This document shows, in pieces, positions 49,592-61,825 of a stretch of DNA of 64,000 nucleotides (position 1 is the first letter of the stretch; every line of letters begins with the position of its first letter). The position numbers were made by a program, and so were the translations under genes. Source of the stretch: Podarcis muralis. Its lineage: Eukaryota. The stretch is taken from NCBI RefSeq assembly GCF_964188315.1, contig NC_135661.1, positions 74,338,001-74,402,000 of the forward strand, read 5' to 3'. The notes under the pieces are model-generated. The model searched no databases. It was not told the origin of the DNA and was given only the letters and a program-made list of their open reading frames with translations.

Positions 49592-51065
49592 GGGTGTCTT
49601 CCCGTGTAAAAGTTGGGGTGTCTAGGCGACGTTTCGACGAGGTCTCACTCGTCATCTTCAGGCTGGTGCTTTCGGCTTCTTGTTACTGGAACAGAGCAGG
49701 ATCTCAGTGTTTGAGTTCCTATAAATACTGTTGAGGAGGTGTGGCCTCTAATGTTCTTGGGCAGAGAGGAAGTTCCCAGGCTAGTGTGCCTTTTCTTCTT
49801 TTGTTTCTTAATTACTTGAGGGATATCTTGAGTGATTTCTTGAGTTGTATCCTGAGTACCACTTAGGTGGGTCATTAGGTGTGGATTAGTTGCTAAAGCC
49901 TTTGTGTCTTGACCTCTTGAACTTTGTGAAGAGTTTTTCTGGGAAGATGGTTGTACTGCATTTTGTTGTGCTCTGGCTTGGCTTCGTGTATAGGGGCGAG
50001 CTGTGGTTTTGTGGTCTGTGCCAGCCAGATCTGTGTAGGGATTGCAGGGGGGTGCAGCATCCGGAGGTGCCACCATGGTTTGGCTACTGGATGGTATCTG
50101 TAATTCATCTGTGGAGAGGGTCTGGGTTTGGGTCTGGTGTGGTTGATTGGTGATGGCGTTCTGTGTGCCTCTGGCTCTGGTGTCAGTTTTTGTGGGGAGG
50201 GCTAATTTCCAGATGTCTGGCAAGCGGGATGTGTCGTCACGCTTGTTCATGTTGTGAGGGTGTTTCTCTATCTCGATGGCTTCCATGATTATTCTCTTGT
50301 GGTGATGTTCCATGTTAAAGAGCAATTTGGAATCTGCAAAATTAATTTCGTGTCCTGTTTCTTTCATGTGTTGGAAAAGAGAGGAAGTTTTTTCTTCTTT
50401 TTTGACGGCATTCTTGTGTTCTGCGATACGTGCATTTATTCGTCTGTTAGTTTGTCCAATGTACGTGGCTGGGCAGACTTTGCAGGGTATTTCATAGACC
50501 CCTTGGTTTTCCAACTGGATTTTATCCTTGGGGTTTCTGAGGATATTGGCTATTTTTTGGTTGGTGCAAAAGGCTGTTTTGATATTGTGTTTATGGAGGA
50601 TTTTGCTAATTTTATCTGTAGTGCCCTTGATATAAGGAAGGAGGGCCATGCCATTGTTTTCTTCTGTGTCTTGGTTTTTTGGGGGTGTTTCTTTTTGGAT
50701 TAGCTTCGTAACCCTGTTTTGCTGGTATCCATTGGCAATTAACACATTTGAGAGATTCTGTAACTCAGTTGTCAAGTGGTTTTTGTCAGCCAGGCGTTTG
50801 GTTCTGGAGATGAGAGTCTTGGCTACGGAGTTTATTTGTGCAGGGTGGTGGTGTGATTGTGCATGTAAGTAGCGGTTGGTGTGTGTTTTTTTCCGGTAGA
50901 TAGTGTGTCCTAGGGAGCCATCAGGTTTTTTGTAGATTAGGACGTCAAGGAAGGGAAGTTGGTTGTTGGCTTCTATTTCCATAGTGAATTGTATTTTGGG
51001 GTGTAGGCTGTTGAGATGTGTGAGGAAGCTATCCAGTTTTTCCTTCCCGTGTGGCCAAATTACAA
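49592..51065 (-). mobile_element. Inverted copy of the Penelope-like 3' 1474 bp
   Basis: Reverse complement of 51369-52842. Mirror coordinates sum to 102434 throughout, and the two 445-aa translations are identical. Confidence 0.9.
49622..49669 (-). ncRNA. Mirror copy of the hammerhead motif
   Basis: Exact reverse complement of 52765-52812, within the inverted arm. Confidence 0.7.
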
Positions 51066-52875
51066 GTCGAAGCTAGCCTAACCAAAATCAACCCAGATGA
51101 AGCCAATAAAATCAGACTTGAAGTCACCAACATCCTCTGCTCCAGCAAACCACCCAGAAGCAATTTACACAAAGAAGAACAGAAAGCACTCACCGACCTG
51201 AGGAAAGACAACAACATAATCATTCTCCCAGCAGACAAAGGTAATGCCACTGTTGTGATGAACACATCGGACTACCAAGCAAAACTATCAAATCTACTCC
51301 AAGACCCTACCTACCAACCTATAAAAACAGATCCCACCACCTTTGGCTCAGATATGTTGACGACACCTTTGTAATTTGGCCACACGGGAAGGAAAAACTG
51401 GATAGCTTCCTCACACATCTCAACAGCCTACACCCCAAAATACAATTCACTATGGAAATAGAAGCCAACAACCAACTTCCCTTCCTTGACGTCCTAATCT
51501 ACAAAAAACCTGATGGCTCCCTAGGACACACTATCTACCGGAAAAAAACACACACCAACCGCTACTTACATGCACAATCACACCACCACCCTGCACAAAT
51601 AAACTCCGTAGCCAAGACTCTCATCTCCAGAACCAAACGCCTGGCTGACAAAAACCACTTGACAACTGAGTTACAGAATCTCTCAAATGTGTTAATTGCC
51701 AATGGATACCAGCAAAACAGGGTTACGAAGCTAATCCAAAAAGAAACACCCCCAAAAAACCAAGACACAGAAGAAAACAATGGCATGGCCCTCCTTCCTT
51801 ATATCAAGGGCACTACAGATAAAATTAGCAAAATCCTCCATAAACACAATATCAAAACAGCCTTTTGCACCAACCAAAAAATAGCCAATATCCTCAGAAA
51901 CCCCAAGGATAAAATCCAGTTGGAAAACCAAGGGGTCTATGAAATACCCTGCAAAGTCTGCCCAGCCACGTACATTGGACAAACTAACAGACGAATAAAT
52001 GCACGTATCGCAGAACACAAGAATGCCGTCAAAAAAGAAGAAAAAACTTCCTCTCTTTTCCAACACATGAAAGAAACAGGACACGAAATTAATTTTGCAG
52101 ATTCCAAATTGCTCTTTAACATGGAACATCACCACAAGAGAATAATCATGGAAGCCATCGAGATAGAGAAACACCCTCACAACATGAACAAGCGTGACGA
52201 CACATCCCGCTTGCCAGACATCTGGAAATTAGCCCTCCCCACAAAAACTGACACCAGAGCCAGAGGCACACAGAACGCCATCACCAATCAACCACACCAG
52301 ACCCAAACCCAGACCCTCTCCACAGATGAATTACAGATACCATCCAGTAGCCAAACCATGGTGGCACCTCCGGATGCTGCACCCCCCTGCAATCCCTACA
52401 CAGATCTGGCTGGCACAGACCACAAAACCACAGCTCGCCCCTATACACGAAGCCAAGCCAGAGCACAACAAAATGCAGTACAACCATCTTCCCAGAAAAA
52501 CTCTTCACAAAGTTCAAGAGGTCAAGACACAAAGGCTTTAGCAACTAATCCACACCTAATGACCCACCTAAGTGGTACTCAGGATACAACTCAAGAAATC
52601 ACTCAAGATATCCCTCAAGTAATTAAGAAACAAAAGAAGAAAAGGCACACTAGCCTGGGAACTTCCTCTCTGCCCAAGAACATTAGAGGCCACACCTCCT
52701 CAACAGTATTTATAGGAACTCAAACACTGAGATCCTGCTCTGTTCCAGTAACAAGAAGCCGAAAGCACCAGCCTGAAGATGACGAGTGAGACCTCGTCGA
52801 AACGTCGCCTAGACACCCCAACTTTTACACGGGAAGACACCCGAGGACACCAAAACCTGCATTCCTGTACCCGTG
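51051..52875 (+). mobile_element. Penelope-like element (RT + GIY-YIG endonuclease), internally deleted
   Basis: ILPADKGNATVVM (RT N-terminus) is joined out of frame at about 51342 to WLRYVDDTF, then ORF 51452-52789 with GVYEIPCKVCPATYIGQT (GIY-YIG). A gap follows. Confidence 0.92.
52765..52812 (+). ncRNA. Minimal type I hammerhead ribozyme motif in the Penelope 3' end
   Basis: CTGAAGA (52773-52779), T, stem II GACGAG-tgagac-CTCGTC, GAAA (52799-52802), then CGTC (palindromic ACGT, GUC cleavage triplet). Stem I pairing is weak. Confidence 0.7.
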
Positions 52876-54725
52876 NNNNNNNNNNNNNNNNNNNNNNNNN
52901 NNNNNNNNNNNNNNNNNNNNNNNNNNNNNNNNNNNNNNNNNNNNNNNNNNNNNNNNNNNNNNNNNNNNNNNNNNNNNNNNNNNNNNNNNNNNNNNNNNNN
53001 NNNNNNNNNNNNNNNNNNNNNNNNNNNNNNNNNNNNNNNNNNNNNNNNNNNNNNNNNNNNNNNNNNNNNNNNNNNNNNNNNNNNNNNNNNNNNNNNNNNN
53101 NNNNNNNNNNNNNNNNNNNNNTTGAACACCACAGCAATATGCACATAAGGGCTTTCTACAAATGCTCTTATGACTCTGCTGTATTTCTCCTTTTGTGCAA
53201 ACGGCAGCAAGAAACAGTGATTCCTGGCATTTCATCCATGGGGGGGGGGGGCGCGACTCCTTCTTCTCCACTTCCTGCCATGGAGTGGAAAGAGGGTCGA
53301 AGCAGCTTCCTGCTCCAGGAGAAGGTGGAGTCTGAACCCCAGCCATTGAATCCACCTGGCCGCCATGTTTGGCTGGATGTTCCCCTGGCTCTTCCAGATG
53401 TCATGAAGTCACATGTGTGGCGTCATGCGTGGCATTGCCCCCCCTTCCATCGCCCTCCCAAGCTGGTGCAGGGTGGGGACCAAAGGTGGGCAAACTACCC
53501 CAGAAGGAGCACGGCATGTCCCCCGCCAGAGGTACTGCCCCCTACCCTAACGCTGCATAAAACCCCAATCATATAATATGTATATTACATCACATCATTT
53601 TTATTTTTATCACTCCGAGAGGCTTCCAAAGCACCATACATGCGCATTATTTGCCTTTAAAACACCAGACTGGATGAATACAAGAGGTGGCATTTAATTC
53701 ACGTTCAAGACACATCTTCCTCTTTTATGTTAAGGGAGGGGGACTGAAGCAGTTCAGGACTGGGGGCCAAATGTGCTGCTGTAAGCCTCACTATTTGACC
53801 CTCGGCCACACCTTCACTGCCCCTCTTCCGCAGAGCTTGGGCTGAAATTTTTGCGATGAGAATACGGGTATTCGAAGCACAGAATGCAACTTAATATTTC
53901 CTATTTGGAACTGTATCGTTTGTGTATCAGAAAGGAATCACCCATGATGTCCATCACTTGCTATGTGTAGAGCATAGGGATACTTTGATTACTTTCCCTC
54001 GGTAGAATAGAGTTTTGGGTCGTCCCCCCTTTATTTTCCCTTCTACACGGGTTCTGTTTCTCTTTCTCTCTTTTATTTATGTCTCACAATGTTTAGTGCA
54101 CATAAAATTATGTACTTTTTGAACTTTCAATAAAGATGTCAAGAAAAGAAGAAGTGTAGAGCATTTGAATATTTTAATTACTTTGCTTTGGTAGAATTGG
54201 GTTCACATTTTTCTGCCTTGACTTGTTTAGCCATTACACCTATGTTATAAACAGTTTGAGTCATTACCTTCAACATATTCACATACCCATGGCTTATTCT
54301 GGCTCCCGGCTTTATTTTATGTCTGCAGTTGTTCATCTCTGATCAATAATGATAAGTGGAGTCGGCATCCTGTCATCAGATCCTGTTTGATAACATTGCA
54401 TTTTTCAGAATCTCTTATAATCCCCCCACACCCCCTTTTCAAAAATTATATATATACTTAGGAACAGATTTCCAATGTGTATTGGAATATATGACAGGAT
54501 GTATTACAGAATATATTACAAATTTGCTCCTAGGCATTGCCTCTAAAGTGACTACATTAAGTGCTCTGAAAGTTCATGCACCCCATTGCTCGTCATTGCG
54601 TAAATTCAATAGAAATCATGTGATGTGCATGCATGTGTCAAAATGCACAGCATCCAACCAGGCCTTCTCTGATTATTGCAGTGGTGGGGAGGTTTTTCAG
54701 GGGGTGGAGAATGTGCGGCAAAACC

Positions 54726-54896
54726 TTAGTTGTGTGGATGCTGATTTTTTGCATTTGTATACACAATTGCCATTATTATGATATACACAACAATTAAGAC
54801 GCATCCCACCCCGAGGGCTGTGTTGGCCAAAATGCGCGCCATCTTGGAGTTTCTCTTGGCAGCTATGACATCTCCATTAAGGTTGGCTTCTCGGGT
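54726..54896 (-). CDS. D4 coding exon 2 (56 aa + stop)
   Basis: Acceptor tctctctttctccgcag|ACC; TREANLNGDVIAAKRNSKMARILANTALGVGCVLIVVYIIIMAIVYTNAKNQHPHN*. Confidence 0.9.
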   Translation of the reverse strand, partial: TREANLNGDVIAAKRNSKMARILANTALGVGCVLIVVYIIIMAIVYTNAKNQHPHN

Positions 54897-56999
54897 CTGC
54901 GGAGAAAGAGAGAGAGAGAGAACTGACGGCAGATGTAAAGGAGAAGCACAGCTGTGCGTCATTGGCCTATCACTGACAACTGTGCTCCAGAACTCCAGAT
55001 AACCCCACTCAGTGGTTTCATGTAGATGTTAAACAGCAGGGGGGATAAAATCATACCCCAGGGGAATCCCACATTTCTGAGAAAGTTCATGTCTGTGTTT
55101 GGGTGAAGGAGGACTAACAGGAAGCAGGAAAGATAAACAAAAGAGAAAGTGACCTTGCTAGAAGAGGTCATAAAGTGAGGAACAGAGGCGACACAGTGTG
55201 GTGGGGAAAATAACTACAGGGGAATTTGTGTTTTTAATTCAGCCTTTAATATAGCCTATACTCAAGAGTATGCAGGAAGATGAAAAGAAATGAAAAGAAC
55301 CACAGAAACACGGGGAAGGGAGTCAAAGTTTGAAATGCTAAAATTATGATGGAATAATTGTTGTAATATATCTAAATGAAAATTATAAAAAAATTAAAAG
55401 ATAAATAAATAAAGGATTCAGAGTTTTGTCTTCCCCAATGGCCAGAGGCTGTGGCAATGTCATCTTTGGAGTTGGAAGACCCAATGCAAGCAGAGACTCC
55501 TTTGCTCCACCGTAACACAGAGGGCTGGGCCCATTTAAGCAAAACAACAACTCACACTGCTGGTAGAGGCAGCTGTGCTGATACTATATAGGGCGGAGGC
55601 TGCCTTTATTTCCTGCTGAAGCGTAGGAGATTCAGAGTTGCAGATCTTAGCTTGAACCCTCCAGCCAGCTGGAACCCTCTTGAACACAGACTTGATTCAG
55701 TCCCCTCTCTGAACCTCACCCTGCCTGAGTTTTGCCTTGACTGAGCAAAAGCAACATCTGAGCGATCCCCTTATCCTGCTCTCTTTGAGACCACCACCCA
55801 CTTTGTGCTATGCCATTTCTCCTGTAGCACGACACCATGGCTTAAATGATGGGTGTTGTAGGAATTCTAAGGTCTCAAATATAGAATAAATGTTGATAAT
55901 TGCACACATGCATAAGTCTATATCCCACAATAGTGCAGGAGAGCAATTGAAAAGCCAGCTTGGGTCTCCTAAAGACTCTAAATATTTCCTCTGCTTCCTT
56001 AATCCCTCTTGCCTGAGACCACATGGGCAGGTAGCAATGAGGGGAAGTTCCTGAAGGGATTCCTCTCCTATATCTATTGAACCTCCTTTTTATTAAGTGT
56101 CACTGTTTGCCCAGATGAGGGATGACTGACAGGCATCCTGATTGTCTTATCCAGGGGTCCGCAAGGTTTACCTTGCCTGGGTTGGTTCACTCCAGCAGAA
56201 ATCCCTCTGTGGGCCAGATCGTGCGGGCGCCCGTGATTTCCGGCATCTGCGCAGACGCAATTTCTGGTGCTGCGAAAGCGAGTCCCTGTACCAGTTTAGC
56301 ACAGCAAGCGGGGACTCGCTGAGCAGGCGGCTCAGTTTGGGGGTGGCTCATGGGAGGGTTATACGATCCACGCGGTCCACTTGTGACCCAAGGGCCTTAG
56401 GTTGCTGACCCCTGGTCTTATCAAATGCCTTTTCTGCAAAACTGTGTCTGGAACTATGTAAATCTTGCCAAATCCTCAGGAATATGAAACCTTGGCCTAC
56501 CTGAGCCACAGTTACCCCACATTATGTGTGATGTAATTTCTGACTGTAAAGGGGATGTCCTTCTTCTCCATGCCAAAATGAAAACCCTTAAAAGAAATGT
56601 TTTTTCTTGGTTCTGGGTCTCTCTACGCTCCTTGCTAGGTGGGGAGGGAACTCTGCTGCAACAGAAAAATAAAGATCTGCCTTGCTTTCACTGCTTCCTG
56701 CCTCCATCCATTTATCTCTGACTGATCATAGACTAAGGGGACTCGGTCCCTTAAGAAGTTGGGCAGCAAAAGTCAACCACCCCTATTTTTCTTTATCAGT
56801 TGGGGTGAGGAAAGAGTCCCCAAAGCCTGAATCCAAAATCCCTAGGCTCCCCTGCTCCCTGAATTTCAGCCACACCACAAGTCGCCTTCTACAGACTGTT
56901 GCTAAAAGGAAATCAGAAAAGGTCATGGGGCCTTTTGGACTGCCTGTTATTATAGCACTACATCTCCCCCAGCCCAAAGAAAAAGAGGGAGGAGCTCAC

Positions 57000-57344
57000 C
57001 TGCATAGAGTAAATTAAGGCAGCAATGCCCAGGGGGAGGCAGCAGCAAAGCATGGTACAGATAGAGTAGGCCAGGTAATCAGGTTCATTGGCAGGTGGAC
57101 CACGAATGATGACGGTGGCCTGCGGAGGTTGAAGGATCGGAACCTGGTAGGATCCTGCACCAGCTGCACCATAGTGTTGGTACTGGGATGGCACAGGGTT
57201 AGAGGGCCAGCCCATGTGGCGGGGTTCTGGTCCAATAAGAGGTTTTGTTGGCTCAGGGTCTTCATGGGAGTCTTTGTCAGCGTAAGGAGGTGGATCCTGA
57301 GTGGTGGTGGTGGAATCCTCTTTCAGCCTCTCATAGTTGCTCAT
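57000..57344 (-). CDS. D4 CD225/dispanin-family protein, coding exon 1 (115 aa; splices to 54896)
   Basis: ccgccATG at 57344; MSNYERL...PPPY...EPDYLAYSICTMLCCCLPLGIAALIYSMQ; donor CAG|GTGAGC, phase 0. Confidence 0.93.
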
Positions 57345-58001
57345 GGCGGACGGCCTCCTCTCCTTTTCCTCCCCTTTGCTCCCCGAAGCTGGCAGTCTGT
57401 GATTAGCTGCTGGGTGCTCTGCTCTTCCTCTCCTCAGCTGCACCTCTAACTCTTCTCCCCGCCTCCTGCTGCCTCCCTCCCTTCCTCTTTCTCTTTCGGT
57501 GAACTTTGGTCTTCTTTTGCCTAGGCGTTGGCTTTACATTGCTGGCTGTGCTGCTCAGGTGGCCGCTAGTCCGTGCTCTGTCTCTGGAATGGAACAGCAG
57601 CTCCACTGAGTCTTTCACCCCGGACGTGCGAGTGGCTGGGAACGAGGAAATTGGTAATGACTCCTCCCCTAAAACTGCATACACCCCAGTCATAAAATAC
57701 GTACAATCGTACCTTGGTTTTCGAACAGCTTAGTTCCCGAACATTTTGGCTCCCGAATGTCGCAAACCTGTAAGTGACTGTTCCAGTTTGTGAACTGTTT
57801 TTGGAAGCCAAACATTCTAAGGGGCTTTCACGGCTTCTGACTGGCTGGAGCTTCCTGCAGCCAATCAGAAGCCACAATTTGGTTTTCAAACGTTTTGGCA
57901 GTTGAACTGACGACCGGAATGGATTCCATTTGACTTCCACGCTGCAACTGTATATTATATCATATCACATATTTATTTATATCACTCTGAGGCTCCCAAA
58001 G

Positions 58002-58292
58002 CAGAAGAAGAAGAAGAAGAAGAAGAAGAAGAAGAAGAAGAAGGAGAGGAGGAGGAGGAGTTTGGATTTGATATCCCGCTTTATCACTACCCTAAGGAGT
58101 CGCAAAGTGGCTAACATTCTCCTTTCCCTTCCTCCCCCACAACAAACACTCTGTGAGGTGAGTGAGGCTGAAAGACTTCAGAGAAGAGTGACTAGCCCAA
58201 GGTCACCCAGCAGATGCATGTGGAGGAGCGGAGACGCGAACCCGGTTTCCCAGATTACGAGACTACTGCTCTTAACCACTACACCACACTGG
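58002..58292 (-). mobile_element. tRNA-derived squamate SINE (Squam3-like), second copy
   Basis: Matches 936-1181. It is absent from the paralogous segment at about 53600-53640. Confidence 0.75.
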
Positions 58293-58736
58293 TATACAAT
58301 TGCAGTATAGCCACACTGGCATATAATTGCAGTATTTGCCTTTGAAACACAAGACTGCACAAATAGAATAGATGGCATTTACTAATTAACGTTCAAAGCA
58401 CATCTTTTTCTTTAGATTTAAGGCAGGGATGGGGCGCTTCAGGACTGGGTGCCCAATGTCCTGCTCTAGGCCTCACTGTTTGGCCCCAGGCCACACCTTC
58501 CCTGCCTGTGTTCTGCAGGGCTTGGGCTGGAATTTGTAGGGTGAGAAGACGGGTATGATAGGCATGTATTCCTGTTGGTGAAGTGTTGGGAGAATTTAGG
58601 CACCAGGCCCAGCAGTGCTGAGCAGACGTGGCAGGAGGGTTGGAAAAGGGAGTTAATCGCCCGATAACAAGAGGAAGGGAACAAAACTAGAGGATGGAGT
58701 CTTATATAGGAAGGTAAAACTGGGCAGGATGGTGGG

Positions 58737-58786
<50 letters not shown>

Positions 58787-59565
58787 TTATTTATACCCCG
58801 CCCATCTGGCTGGGTTTGCCCAGTCACTCTGGGTGGCTTCCAACATAATATTAAAATACAATAGTCCATCAAACATTAAAAGCTTCCCTAAACAGGGCTG
58901 CCTTCAGATGTCTTCTAAAAGTCTGGTAGTTGTTTTTCTCTTTGACATCTGGTGGGAGGGCGTTCCACAGGGCGGGTGCCACTACCGAGAAGGCCCTCTG
59001 CCTGGCTCCCTGTAACTTGGCTTCTCACAGCAAGGGAACCGCCAGAAGGCCCTCGGTGCTGGACCTCAGTGTCCGGGTAGAACGATGGGGGTGGAGACGC
59101 TCCTTCAGGTATACTGGACCGAGGCCGTTTAGGGCTTTAAAGGTCAGCACCAACACTTTGCATTGTGCTCAGAAGCATACTGGGAGCCAGTGTAGGTCTT
59201 TCAAGACTGGTTTTATGTGGTCTCGGCTACTCCCAGTCACCAGTCTAGCTGCCACATTCTGGATTAGTTGTAGTTTCCAGGTCACCTTCAAAAGTAGCCC
59301 CACGTAGAGCACATTGCAGTAGTCCAAGTGAGCAATAACTAGAGCATGCACCACTCTGGGGAGACAGTCTGCGGGCAGGTAGGGTCTCAGCCTGCGTACC
59401 AGATGGAGCTGATAAACAGCTGCCATGGACACAGAATTGACCTGCACCTCCATAGACAGCTGTGAGTTCAGAATGACTCCCGGGCTGCACACCTGGTCCT
59501 TCAGGGGCACAATTACCCCATTCAGGACCAGGGACTCCTCCACACCTGCCCGCCTCCTGTCCTCC
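58737..59565 (-). mobile_element. L2-clade LINE 3' fragment with (ATT)n tail
   Basis: ORF 59169-59543 LDYCNVLYVG...LHWLP; same family as 25279-26092. Confidence 0.88.
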
Positions 59566-60057
59566 AGTGAGGAGAGTTGCAGCTGGGAGCCAGAAGGTTA
59601 AGCCCATATCATGATTTTAAGGCAGGGGCAGACTTTGGTCTTTCAGATTTCAGAGACTCCCTGCCCAAGGCCAACATTTGGTGCCTCCCACCTCTCACTT
59701 TCCATTCTGCTCAATTCACCATGCCATAGTTGTGGTGCCCAGTGCAGCAGAAGCAGTCACACTGCCCTAAATCCAACTTTGTTTTAAGGGCATGGATCAT
59801 TATATTTTATTGTTGCCAATTCTGGGGCAACTAACATGGCCATTGTCCATGGGACTCTGCGTGGTATCCAACTGAATTCTACTCAGGGTAGCCCCACTGA
59901 ACAGAATGGACCCAAGTCAGTCATATCCATTAATTTCAATGGGTATACTTTGAGTAGAGGAAGCACTGGATACAACCTAATCATTCCTACTTGGAATGTT
60001 TGTGTATCAGAAAGGAATCACCCGTGATGTCCTCCACTTGCTAAGTGTAGAACATTT

Positions 60058-61021
60058 GTCCATGGCAAGTCTGTGTCTGTAATGCAAGTTGTTCATATGT
60101 TGCGAGTTTGTATAAGTCTTCAATCCAATCATAGAAGGGAGCTGCATTTTTATTTTTCCAATTCATCAGGATCAGTCTTTTTGCTGTGGTAAGGGAGAGT
60201 CCACTCGTATTGTCCTTTTGTAAGGTTCCATGTGCTGGCTATATAATTCAAGAGGATATTTTGCTCTGTAAATTTAAGGTTGCTTTGTAAAGTTCTATTG
60301 ATAGTTTGTTACCTTCTGCCAAAAATCTTTCAATATAGGACAGTGAAAAAACATACAGTATGTTTTAGAAAAGCATTATCCTATTGCATCTCCAACAGTT
60401 AGATACATTAGATAGCCCTTTTTAAAACAAATGTAATGGGGTCCAGTATATTCTAAATATTATTTTTTGTTGTACGAGTCTCAATCTAAGGTCCATTGAC
60501 ACCCTTGTTATAGCACTTAAAACAGTTTCCCACTGTGTGGTTGAAATGGAGATCTTTGATTCTTCCAATCCTCCCTCAGTACCTGTATATCAAATTGGTT
60601 TGCTAATAACAAAGATTCATATATGTTGATGGCTGGGTTTTTTTTGTTGCGTAAGATTTAATCAATGATATTTGGAATCCATTCTTACAAATACTGTAAT
60701 AGGTTAAGATCTGCTGAAGTACAATAACAACCTTGTAAAGCATAGAGTTTGGGGTCCCCCCCCTTTATTTCCCCTTCTACATGGGTTTTGTTTCTCTTTT
60801 TATTTTTCTCTCTTTTATTTATGTCTCTCAATGTTTAGTGCACATAAAATTATGTACTTTTTGAACTTTCAATAAAGATGCAATAGTAATTTATTATTTG
60901 TACCCCGCCCATCTGGCTGGGTTTCCCCAGCCACTCTGGACAGCTTCCAACAAAGATTAAAAATACATTAAAATGTCACACATTTAAAAACTTCCCTGAA
61001 CATGTCAAAAGAAGAAGAAGT
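60058..61021. mobile_element. 5'-inverted (twin-primed) L1-clade insertion with a nested short L2 piece (about 60884-61000)
   Basis: About 60058-60655 is the reverse complement of the colinear L1 at 6185-7030, while about 60658-60877 is the sense 3' end. 14-bp TSD AGTGTAGA(A/G)CATTT at 60044-60057 and 61022-61035. Confidence 0.75.
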
Positions 61022-61825
61022 AGTGTAGAGCATTTGAATATTTTAATTACTTTGCTTTGGTAGATTAGGGTTCATGTTTTGTAACCTTGCCTTGTTTAAC
61101 CATTACGCCTACGTAATAAACAGTTCTAGCCACTCACTTCCACACATTCACATACAGAATGTTTATTTTGTCTTTATATTATGTCTGTATTTGTCCATCT
61201 CTGATCTATAATTGTAAATGGAGTATGCATATTGTCACCAGATCCTGCTTAATAACATTGTGTTTTTCAGAATATCTTATAAACCCCATCCCCGTTTTTA
61301 AAAATTATAATGTGTATAGGAATATATGGCAGAGTATAGGATATTACATTCCCCACCCCCCCCCAGGTAGAACTTCCAAGAGCACTTGATGACACCTTTG
61401 GGACAATGCTTTGAACTTCACACATCCCATTGTTGGCCATCAAGTAAAATACAGTGGTACCTCGGGTTAAGAACTTAATTTGTTCCGGAGGTCCGTTCTT
61501 AACCTGAAACTGTTCTTAACCTGAAGCACCACTTAAGTTAATGGGGCCTCCCGCTGCCGGAGCACAATTTCTGTTCTCATCCTGAAGCAAAGTTCTTAAC
61601 CCGAGGTAATATTTCTGGGTTAGCGGAGTCTGTAACCTGAAGCATATTGTAACCCGAGGTACCACTGTAAACAGAAATCATGCAATGAGCCTGTACGTGT
61701 GACTCAGTCCTTTAGCACTTCCTGCTGTGGAATGATTCATAAAGCACAGCGTCCAGCCAGGCCTTCTTCTCAGTAGCGCAACGGTGGGGAGGTCTTTCGA
61801 AATGTGGAGGCTCTGCAGTGAATCC

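Larger units (their letters stand above)
53570..57550. repeat. Segmental duplicate unit C (D4), paralogous to unit D at about 57950-64000 (D5)
   Basis: Colinear 3' flank (53570-53870 vs 57950-58560; 53920-54700 vs 60000-61800), introns and exons. Confidence 0.85.

Noticed and set aside
57345-57443. Longer D4 ORF start in the track
   Set aside because: It begins at GTG. The ATG at 57344 has a strong Kozak context and matches D5.
57488-57497. ISRE-like GAAAGAGAAA upstream of D4
   Set aside because: It lies in a low-complexity purine tract and is not conserved in D5. I found no convincing ISRE or GAS at any paralog, so interferon inducibility is not supported by sequence.
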